Assembly: GCA_023205875.1 (NCBI GenBank)
Contig: CP060756.1
Location: forward strand, 1,302,001 to 1,366,000
Reading direction: 5' to 3'
From: Chloropicon primus
Lineage: Eukaryota
DNA length: 64,000 nt
Shown: positions 39,901 to 51,900 of the stretch, in pieces
How the letters are laid out: every line of letters starts with the position of its first letter
Numbering within the stretch: the stretch's first letter is position 1
The notes under the pieces: generated by a model
The model's input: only the letters and a program-made list of their open reading frames with translations
The model's database searches: none
Told to the model about the DNA's origin: nothing
Position numbers and translations under genes: made by a program

Positions 39901-42900
39901 TGGAATTGATGGCCGTATTTGCTGCACTAAGCTCAATTGGATCGCCAAGGCTTGTTCCCGTACCATGCATCTGCACAAGAGCTACAGATGATTTGTCTTT
40001 CCCTGCACTCTGCAAAGCTTTCAAAATTACTCTCTGTTGTGAGGGACCATTTGGAGCGGTCAACGAGCTTGAACGTCCATCCTGGTTCACAGCTGATCCT
40101 GCGAGAAGGAGGTTCGCTGATGATCTGGATTGACTGCCTTCAATGCATACCAGAGAACAACCCTCTCCACGTACATAGCCATCAGCTGAGGCATCCAAAG
40201 TTTTACATCTGCCATCAATAGAAAGCATACCTGCCTTCTGCAATCGCTGGCAAGATTCCTTCACAATTACCAGAGCGCCACCTGAGACGGATGATGACGA
40301 TTCACCTACTTTTATGCCCTGAACTGATAAATGAGTTGCAACTAATGAAGCAGAGCAAGCGGTGTCTATTGTCATGCATGGACCCTGGAGACCAAATGTG
40401 AAGGATATTCTGCCTGATGCCACACTTATAGCTTCACTAGTTGCTGTGTAGACGCCTTGCTCACAAAACGGACTTGATACAGAGCCATATTCATTTGGAC
40501 CAACACCAACGTAGACACCACACAGGCCTCTACGATATTCTTTCCACACTGAAAGGGACTCAAACGAAGCGGATAGCAATAATCGTTGTTGCGGATCCAT
40601 AATCGAAGCCTCCATTTCTAGTAAAGAAAAGGCATCCTTATCAAAACATTCTACATGCTCCAAAAAGCCAAAAAACCTTCCAGAAATAAAGGACTCATTC
40701 AACAAAAATGGAAGATCATTGTCCCACCGACTCAGAGGAACTCTACATATGGTATCACTGCAACTTGCCACGTCAGCGAAATCACGCGAACACCATAAAT
40801 TCCCGACGCTGACACAAATTCCATCAATCACAGCTGAACCTGAAATTGCCTCATCACAAGAAGCCACAACTTCGTCATTCAGACTGAAACAATCCTCTGC
40901 GTATTCAATGATAGCATGAACGCTTGGATAGTCAAAGATCAGCATCCCAGGCAAATCAATACCAAGGCTCTGCTCAAGAGATGAACGCAACTCCATCGCA
41001 CCAAGGGAATCAAGACCTGCAGCCATCAATGGATCGTCTGGGCTCACCTCATGACCCACGACAGCATGCACAGCTTCCTTGACCTTCTGCTGTAATACGT
41101 CCGCATCCAAAGTCATGCCGGATGCAGCGCTGGCAGATGTGTTGGACATTCTTGTGGCATCGATAGAAGAACCGTGACCATGAGATGCAGTGTCATGCAT
41201 ATTTGAGAATAGTGGAGGAACATGTGTCATGCGAGAGAGGAATCTATCCCACATGAAGCGCTGAACAGCAACTTGGGCGTGAGATGACCACATCGCATTG
41301 TCCAAGCAACCACCACCACCACAAACACGACCTGCAATACTCTGCAAGGCGAACAATCCTTCATACGGAGACAACATGTAAAGACCCATCTGCTCCATGC
41401 GCTTGGCATGCTTGACTGCCATGCCACCAGATGCCCAAGGACCCCACTGGACACTCACAGCACTCACGCCTGCATTCTGCCACATGTGAGCTTGGGCATC
41501 CAATACAGCATTGGCTGCAGCGTAATTGGTTTGTCCAGCTGATCCAAGCAAAGCAGCAACAGAAGAGAAGAGAACTTGAGCACCCATGGCTTCCATTGCA
41601 AATGTCTTCGCCAGCTGATGCAAGCCCACAACCTTGGGAGCAAATACTTGCTTCACAGATTGTGCTGTCTGGTTGCTGAGCACAGAATCAGCAAGGACTC
41701 CGCCAGCATGCATCACACCTTGTACGCCAAGACCTCCAAGCAAGTGACAATCTTCAGCACAGGACACATCGCAATGCAGTATTTGCACCTCCGCACCGCA
41801 ACTGTGACCACACAAACCCTTGCTCATGGACTTGATGTGACCAGTGCGACCCAACATCAACACGCAATCGATTCCGCGTTGAGTGAGATGCTGTCCTGTC
41901 AGCAGTCCAAGAGCACCAGTGCCTCCCGTCACAACCCAGTGAGAACTTGATGTGTCAAGGATAGGAGCAAAGGACTCATTGGAGACGATGACTTTACCAA
42001 TGTGAGCAGCTCTTGACATTTGCCGCAAAGCTGAAGACACGTGATTCATTCCATGAACGGTTGATGCTAAAGGCCTCGCAGTGCCAAGAGCCAAAGCATG
42101 AGACAAATCGGTCATGACCTTCCGCACATGTGAAGGTGGTAAGAAATCCAACGCCACCAAGTTGTACGTAAGATCTGGTCTCTCCATCTTCATGGATCTT
42201 GTACTCCAAATGTCTCGCTTGCCAAGCTCCACAAATCTACCTCCGGTGCGAACACAACTTAACGAAGAGGCAATCATTCCAGAGGAAGTCAGAGAATTGA
42301 TGATCAGGTCAACACCCGAGTGGAATGCTGCACTAAATGCAGTCGACCGAGTGCTGCAAACACTCTGTACTCCAAGCGACCTGACATAACCTCTTTTAGC
42401 AACATTGCCTGCCGTGCTCCAAACATTTGCACCCAAGGCATTGCTCACGTTAATTGCTGCGGTTCCAATACCGCCAGAACCTGCGTGAACCAAGATTGTA
42501 TCACTGACACTAGCACCACAGGCCTGCTTCAAAGCAAGCCATACTGTCATGTAAACAGATGGAGTTGAAGCAGCAAGCTCAAAAGATACACCCTTACTAA
42601 GGAGGGAGACTACAGAGAATGGAACATCCACTGTTGTTGCAAAGGAACCTGATGCCAGGGCAAGGACAGCATCACCGACGAGTAGCTCTGTACCGTCGTT
42701 GGTCGAAGTACAGCATGAATGTACCACACCGGAGCAGTCTGCTCCTGGCGGTCCAGGATCGCCAGGGTATGCACCGAGCACATTCAACACATCACGGAAA
42801 TTGATTCCAACGCTGTGAACGAGAATAGAAAGAAATCCTTCCTTCTGTACTGTATCTTCACGTGCGAACTCAACAACCATATTGCTCAAGGAACCCCTTG

Positions 42901-45900
42901 GGTGTGGTTTGATTTGATACCTTGCACGGGTCATTGGCAGTTCTGGAACATTGAGAAGTCTTGCGTCATAGTACGCGCCTCCTTTCAAGACATTCCCGCT
43001 GTGCTTGCTGGCCATGTCTGCCTCAGTTTTAGCATCCCACGTACTGAAGTGACATGGAACAGATCCCTTCTGTGTCTCTGAGGCAGCACAAGTGTCTCTG
43101 ACGGACAAGAAGACTGATCCGCTGGCAACAACACTCTTCACGATACCCCAAAGAAGTGATGCTTGCAATTGAGAATTTCCAACAACATCGGCTCCGACTG
43201 ACACTCCTCCCCGAGAAGAAAAGGACATACTCTGGGACCTGATTTGTGACATGACTTGAACAGCGCCAATAGCTTCTGTACACAATCTTGCCTCATGAAG
43301 GGTTCCCTTGGAGCAGTGCTCTTGGAATGCAAACTGATTGTGACATCCAAAAGTGCTTGACGCTGATAAACCGCTGGTTTGAACTTGCCATTGAAGTCTA
43401 TACTGAACGGAGTCTGGCATAAATCGCACAGCCTTCTTTTGGTCAGACGCGTTGGCCTTCAAGCTCTTTGCAATCAGTCCATTTATGCAAAGATCGAAGT
43501 TGTGAGAGGTACCTGAGACCCTGTAGTGTGTTTCTTTCTGTGTGGCCGTGCTAGAAGCAGAATCATAGACTGACAAGGCATGGTAGCTATAGTCACGCAT
43601 GCATCCGCTGCCATGCAAAGCATGGAAGCCAGCGGGAACAAAAGTCGACGATTCTCCATCATTTTGACCAGCGGAGGATACTACGGAGCACATTCCTCTT
43701 GCTGCGCCAACCTGGAGTGAGGCATCGAGCACAGCGGGACATAACTTGAAACCCCTATCTTCAGTAGGGAGAACGTTTTCAACATTACCCACTGCAATGT
43801 CAAACTGGGGTTGATGGACCTCATTGGATCCAAGCCAAACACTTGACAGCAATGCAAAAGAAGGACCATATTGGAGGCCATGAGCAGCAAAGAAGGGATA
43901 AAGATAAGCTCCGTTCACAAGGGTACGGCTCTTTGATCTGACTACTTCTCTTGAGAAGCCTGTCCTCTCAATGTCACCATTCACCCTTTTGTCTTTCGCC
44001 TGTTGCATCTGCACTTTTCCATGGACATGCAATCTCTTTTGTGATCTGCCTGTGTTCTCCGATGAGAGTGTTAGGCCACCTGTATCCAATTGCAACTCAG
44101 CAGTACAATACAAACTATTGACCATGTTCTCACCAAGATCCTCCAGAGAAAGAGGCGAAGCAATCACAGAGTCGCACATAGAATATTCACATGCAAGGCC
44201 AGAATCTCTCAAAGCAGAGGCGATCGAACTGTAACCAAGTTCCATGAAGGCGGCGCCTGGCAACAACGCTTGTCCAGAGATGACATGATCCCACAGATAA
44301 GCCATTGCCGGATGATACATCTTGCAAGTAAAAATGCATGAATTTGGAAGGACACGTGCTGGTGCGCAACTCACCATCAAATCAAAGTCAACAGTGTACC
44401 AACAACGCTCACGTTGCCACAGCATGACCAAACCTGGACGAGATACAGTATCAATATTTCCAACAGATCCACTGCAATGAGATAACAGTGCATGGGCATT
44501 GGTGCCCTGGAAAGCGAAGCCGCTCACACCTCCAACACTTGCATCTCCACATGCCAATGAGCTTGATTGACGACTCAGATCAACAGCAAGACTATTGTTC
44601 TTGTCAGAGCCACTACCAAGCATACTCAGTATGTGATGATTCAGATGTCTCAAGTGACTGATGGCACTAGCTGATTTGTGCATCAGATTGCCTGCGAGCT
44701 GAACCATACCAGCCATACCAGCTGCTGCTTCACTATGCCCCATATTGCTCTTCACTCCAGACATGTGGACAGGGAAGTCCCGTTTGGTGGCCTCGGAGAG
44801 TAACACAGCAGATGCCGCACCGACCTCAATGGGGTCACCAAGAGGAGTACCTGTACCGTGCATCTGCAAGACCTGTACATTCCAGGCATCAAGGTCTGCC
44901 GAGTGCAAGCTCATACGCATCACTTGCTGTTGAGAGGGTCCGTGCGGTGCGGTCAAAGCACTGGATCGCCCATCTTGGTTCACAGCAGTGCCACGTAGCA
45001 TCACCGTATCTTGTTTGGAACCATCTTCAAGAGGACCGAGAACGCAAGCGATGCAAGCTTCAGCACGCACGTAACCGTCTGCTGATGCATCCAAGGTCTT
45101 GCAACGCCCATCAGGCGCAAGCATGCCTGCTCTCTGAATAGAACCAAATGTGTCTCTACTGATTTGAAGGTCAACACCGCACACAAGACCCTTCGAGAGT
45201 TGACCTAGAACAAGGCCCATGTAGGACATGTGTGCTGCGACAAGAGAGGATGAACAAGCCGTATCAACAGCTGCACAAGCTCCTTGCAAACCATATGTGA
45301 AGGACAGTCGCCCTGCAGAAACACTCAAAGAACCTGACGTAACCGCATGAACCTCAGACTTATGGCCATAACCAGCATAGATATTGCTGTATTCAACATG
45401 CTGAGTACCCACCATCACACCCATCCTCTGTTTCTGATGCATCCAACTCGAGGAAGAATCGGATTCCATGCTGTGCAGAGCTTCATACGATACCTCGAGA
45501 AGAAGACGTTGGTGAGGATCCATCCAACACGCCTCAGAGCGAGATACGCCAAAACATGGTATATCGAAGAGCTCTATGCCGTCAAGGAAACCACCAAAAC
45601 GGATTGGCACAATGGGCGCACCATCCTTGTAATCCTCATCAGCGTCCCAGCGCATGTGTGGAACCCTCCAAATACTGTCCCCAGCATTGGAAGTCTGGCA
45701 AAGATTGTGTTCAGGAGTGGGTAACCGTGCCGCAAGACTCAACATATGAACACTCACAGATCCTTCAGAGACTGTCCGAATGCCTGTCGATATTGCAGCA
45801 GAAGCCAAAGGCACCTGCTTCGGACCAAGCAAGGTCTCTGCGTATTCAATGATAGCATGAACGCTTGGATAGTCAAAGATCAGCATCCCAGGCAAATCAA

Positions 45901-48900
45901 TACCAAGGCTCTGCTCAAGAGATGAACGCAACTCCATCGCACCAAGGGAATCAAGACCTGCAGCCATCAATGGATCGTCTGGGCTCACCTCATGACCCAC
46001 GACAGCATGCACAGCATCCTTGACCTTCTGCTGTAATACGTCCGCATCCAAAGTCATGCCGGATGCAGCGCTGGCAGATGTGTTGGACATTCTTGTGGCA
46101 TCGATAGAAGAACCGTGACCATGAGATGCAGTGTCATGCATATTTGAGAATAGTGGAGGAACATGTGTCATGCGAGAGAGGAATCTATCCCACATGAAGC
46201 GCTGAACAGCAACTTGGGCGTGAGATGACCACATCGCATTGTCCAAGCAACCACCACCACCACAAACACGACCTGCAATACTCTGCAAGGCGAACAATCC
46301 TTCATACGGAGACAACATGTAAAGACCCATCTGCTCCATGCGCTTGGCATGCTTGGCTGCCATGCCACCAGATGCCCAAGGACCCCACTGGACACTCACA
46401 GCACTCACGCCTGCATTCTGCCACATGTGAGCTTGGGCATCCAATACAGCATTGGCTGCAGCGTAATTCGTTTGTCCAGCTGATCCAAGCAAAGCAGCAA
46501 CAGAAGAGAAGAGAACTTGAGCACCCATGGCTTCCATTGCAAATGTCTTCGCCAGCTGATGCAAGCCCACAACCTTGGGAGCAAATACTTGCTTCACAGA
46601 TTGTGCTGTCTGGTTGCCGAGCACAGAATCAGCAAGGACTCCGCCAGCATGCATCACACCTTGTACGCCAAGACCTCCAAGCAAGTGACAATCTTCAGCA
46701 CAGGACACATCGCAATGCAGTATTTGCACCTCCGCACCGCAACTGTGACCACACAAACCCTTGCTCATGGACTTGATGTGACCAGTGCGACCCAACATCA
46801 ACACGCAATCGATTCCGTGTTGAGTGAGATGCTGTCCTGTCAGCAGTCCAAGAGCACCAGTGCCTCCCGTCACAACCCATGATCCTGCCACGGAAGACAG
46901 TGACTGAGAAGAATGAGGGAAACATGGAACCATAGCTGCAGTCTCCACCATGCTCTGATCCACATATACACACCAGCCTCCGCCATTGTGAATCTCACTT
47001 AGAGGCAAACAAGACTCATCAACCTTATTGCTTGTGTCATGAGATCCAAAGTGCAGTGAAGTGGATTGTACGCCACTCAGAGCACAAGCTCGTAGAATGC
47101 CGTATATCATAGCATTTCCCTGGTCCCCGACAAAAGGTGCAGGAACACCACAAGAGGTGGATGTGGTTGATTTGGAAACCAACTTGAGGTCGCAAGAGCT
47201 CATTTGGTTGTATTTGTCCTGAAGGACAGCAATTGTACTCAGGGATAATGCCACAAGGGACGCAGGGTGATCGAGCAAGCACGATTTCTGCTCAACAAAA
47301 GAGTCAGCGTCTCCTCCGCTCCATACGTGGCATGAAGATGCACTCATGTCATCCAAGACTTGCGCAGAAGAGATCACAGGGCACACAGATTGCCATGACA
47401 ACGTGTACTGCACTTGCTCGGAGAGGTCCGCGGAGCTTCTCATACGGCTCAGCGGCACCGACAAGTCTTTCCTATGTAGAGTACCATTCAACTCCACCGC
47501 ACCGAATCTTGACATCTCCGTACGACTGGACTTGCCACGGTTGGCCAAGCATAGCCAATCCCCGGCACTGGAATACGAAGATGTTCCCATCCTCATAGCA
47601 TCTGCGCCACAAGCAAGTCCACTGAGATGACTCCATTCACCAAGTCCCAAACACATTGCGAGATGAACAGGGTTCACCACGTATCCGTCTTCTGAGGAAA
47701 CCATCTCGTTGATGTTTGGCAACATGTATCCCAAATAGGTTGCGGAAGGACTGGCATTGCTGAGATCAGTATCAAAGACCCTCGTGTGCTTTTGCACATC
47801 GTCTTCACTGTGATGATTTGTTGAGGGTGCCCACTGAGTTGTGCCTGCTAGACACGTTTTAGACTGAGAGGAACCTCCGCAGACTACACTAATCTCATTC
47901 TTCCTCTGCACTAGGACGTTCACAGTTTGCGACGTTGAATCATCCAGTACAATTGGTGCGGGCATGGTGAGATTGCGCATCACATATGAATCGGTCTTTT
48001 CATTCTTGCCGCCAGATCTTAGAACGTCAATCGTACCGGCACACATCTCAATCAGGGATCCCATACCTGCGATGGGTCTGCCGTTGAATAAGTGTTGCCA
48101 AATGAAAGCATGCTGTACTCTATTCAGCATACCCTCGAGGCTAATATCTCCACCCTGCGCAAAGGCAACACGTGACAAGAGTTTTGGGAGTTTGCACACA
48201 TACCAACAACGCTCACGTTGCCACAGCATGACCAAACCTGGACGAGATACAGTATCAATATTTCCAACAGATCCACTGCAATGAGATAACAGTGCATGGG
48301 CATTGGTGCCCTGGAAAGCGAAGCCGCTCACACCTCCAACACTTGCATCTCCACATGCCAATGAGCTTGATTGACGACTCAGATCAACAGCAAGACTATT
48401 GTTCTTGTCAGAGCCACTACCAAGCATACTCAGTATGTGATGATTCAGATGTCTCAAGTGACTGATGGCACTAGCTGATTTGTGCATCAGATTGCCTGCG
48501 AGCTGAACCATACCAGCCATACCAGCTGCTGCTTCACTATGCCCCATATTGCTCTTCACTCCAGACATGTGGACAGGGAAGTCCCGTTTGGTGGCCTCGG
48601 AGAGTAACACAGCAGATGCCGCACCGACCTCAATGGGGTCACCAAGAGGAGTACCTGTACCGTGCATCTGCAAGACCTGTACATTCCAGGCATCAAGGTC
48701 TGCCGAGTGCAAGCTCATACGCATCACTTGCTGTTGAGAGGGTCCGTGCGGTGCGGTCAAAGCACTGGATCGCCCATCTTGGTTCACAGCAGTGCCACGT
48801 AGCATCACCGTATCTTGTTTGGAACCATCTTCAAGAGGACCGAGAACGCAAGCGATGCAAGCTTCAGCACGCACGTAACCGTCTGCTGATGCATCCAAGG

Positions 48901-51900
48901 TCTTGCAACGCCCATCAGGCGCAAGCATGCCTGCTCTCTGGACAGAACCAAATGTGTCTCGCATGACCATCACTTCACAACCACACGCCAGTCCCTTCGA
49001 GACGTCGCCAAGAACAAGGCCCATGTAGGACATGTGTGCTGCGACAAGAGAGGATGAACAAGCCGTATCAACAGCTGCACAAGCTCCTTGCAAACCATAT
49101 GTGAAGGACAGTCGCCCTGCAGAAACACTCAAAGAACCTGACGTAACCGCATGAGCCTCAGACTTATGGCCATAACCAGCATAGATATTGCTGTACTCCG
49201 CATGAGAGATTCCTAAAAACACATTGGTTTTGCTCCCATAAACCTTTCCAACTAAACTCAGACATTCATACGATACCTCGAGAAGAAGACGTTGGTGAGG
49301 ATCCATCCAACACGCCTCAGAGCGAGATACGCCAAAACATGGTATATCGAAGAGCTCTATGCCGTCAAGGAAACCACCAAAACGGATTGGCACAATGGGC
49401 GCACCATCCTTGTAATCCTCATCAGCGTCCCAGCGCATGTGTGGAACCCTCCAAATACTGTCCCCAGCATTGGAAGTCTGGCAAAGATTGTGTTCAGGAG
49501 TGGGTAACCGTGCCGCAAGACTCAACATATGAACACTCACAGATCCTTCAGAGACTGTCCGAATGCCTGTCGATATTGCAGCAGAAGCCAAAGGCACCTG
49601 CTTCGGACCAAGCAAGGTCTCTGCGTATTCAATGATAGCATGAACGCTTGGATAGTCAAAGATCAGCATCCCAGGCAAATCAATACCAAGGCTTTGCTCA
49701 AGAGATGAACGCAACTCCATCGCACCAAGGGAATCAAGACCTGCAGCCATCAATGGATCGTCTGGGCTCACCTCATGACCCACGACAGCATGCACAGCAT
49801 CCTTGACCTTCTGCTGTAATACGTCCGCATCCAAAGTCATGCCGGATGCAGCGCTGGCAGATGTGTTGGACATTCTTGTGGCATCGATAGAAGAACCGTG
49901 ACCATGAGATGCAGTGTCATGCATATTTGAGAATAGTGGAGGAACATGTGTCATGCGAGAGAGGAATCTATCCCACATGAAGCGCTGAACAGCAACTTGG
50001 GCGTGAGATGACCACATCGCATTGTCCAAGCAACCACCACCACCACAAACACGACCTGCAATACTCTGCAAGGCGAACAATCCTTCATACGGAGACAACA
50101 TGTAAAGACCCATCTGCTCCATGCGCTTGGCATGCTTGACTGCCATGCCACCAGATGCCCAAGGACCCCACTGGACACTCACAGCACTCACGCCTGCATT
50201 CTGCCACATGTGAGCTTGGGCATCCAATACAGCATTGGCTGCAGCGTAATTCGTTTGTCCAGCTGATCCAAGCAAAGCAGCAACAGAAGAGAAGAGAACT
50301 TGAGCACCCATGGCTTCCATTGCAAATGTCTTCGCCAGCTGATGCAAGCCCACAACCTTGGGAGCAAATACTTGCTTCACAGATTGTGCTGTCTGGTTGC
50401 TGAGCACAGAATCAGCAAGGACTCCGCCAGCATGCATCACACCTTGTACGCCAAGACCTCCAAGCAAGTGACAATCTTCAGCACAGGACACATCGCAATG
50501 CAGTATTTGCACCTCCGCACCGCAACTGTGACCACACAAACCCTTGCTCATGGACTTGATGTGACCAGTGCGACCCAACATCAACACGCAATCGATTCCG
50601 CGTTGAGTGAGATGCTGTCCTGTCAGCAGTCCAAGAGCACCAGTGCCTCCCGTCACAACCCAGTGAGAACTTGATGTGTCAAGGATAGGAGCAAAGGACT
50701 CATTGGAGACGATGACTTTACCAATGTGAGCAGCTCTTGACATTTGCCGCAAAGCTGAAGACACGTGATTCATTCCATGAACGGTTGATGCTAAAGGCCT
50801 CGCAGTGCCAAGAGCCAAAGCATGAGACAAATCGGTCATGACCTTCCGCACATGTGAAGGTGGTAAGAAATCCAACGCCACCAAGTTGTACGTAAGATCT
50901 GGTCTCTCCATCTTCATGGATCTTGTACTCCAAATGTCTCGCTTGCCAAGCTCCACAAATCTACCTCCGGTGCGAACACAACTTAACGAAGAGGCAATCA
51001 TTCCAGAGGAAGTCAGAGAATTGATGATCAGGTCAACACCCGAGTGGAATGCTGCACTAAATGCAGTCGACCGAGTGCTGCAAACACTCTGTACTCCAAG
51101 CGACCTGACATAACCTCTTTTAGCAACATTGCCTGCCGTGCTCCAAACATTTGCACCCAAGGCATTGCTCACGTTAATTGCTGCGGTTCCAATACCGCCA
51201 GAACCTGCGTGAACCAAGATTGTATCACTGACACTAGCACCACAGGCCTGCTTCAAAGCAAGCCATACTGTCATGTAAACAGATGGAGTTGAAGCAGCAA
51301 GCTCAAAAGATACACCCTTACTAAGGAGGGAGACTACAGAGAATGGAACATCCACTGTTGTTGCAAAGGAACCTGATGCCAGGGCAAGGACAGCATCACC
51401 GACGAGTAGCTCTGTACCGTCGTTGGTCGAAGTACAGCATGAATGTACCACACCGGAGCAGTCTGCTCCTGGCGGTCCAGGATCGCCAGGGTATGCACCG
51501 AGCACATTCAACACATCACGGAAATTGATTCCAACGCTGTGAACGAGAATAGAAAGAAATCCTTCCTTCTGTACTGTATCTTCACGTGCGAACTCAACAA
51601 CCATATTGCTCAAGGAACCCCTTGGGTGTGGTTTGATTTGATACCTTGCACGGGTCATTGGCAGTTCTGGAACATTGAGAAGTCTTGCGTCATAGTACGC
51701 GCCTCCTTTCAAGACATTCCCGCTGTGCTTGCTGGCCATGTCTGCCTCAGTTTTAGCATCCCACGTACTGAAGTGACATGGAACAGATCCCTTCTGTGTC
51801 TCTGAGGCAGCACAAGTGTCTCTGACGGACAAGAAGACTGATCCGCTGGCAACAACACTCTTCACGATACCCCAAAGAAGTGATGCTTGCAATTGAGAAT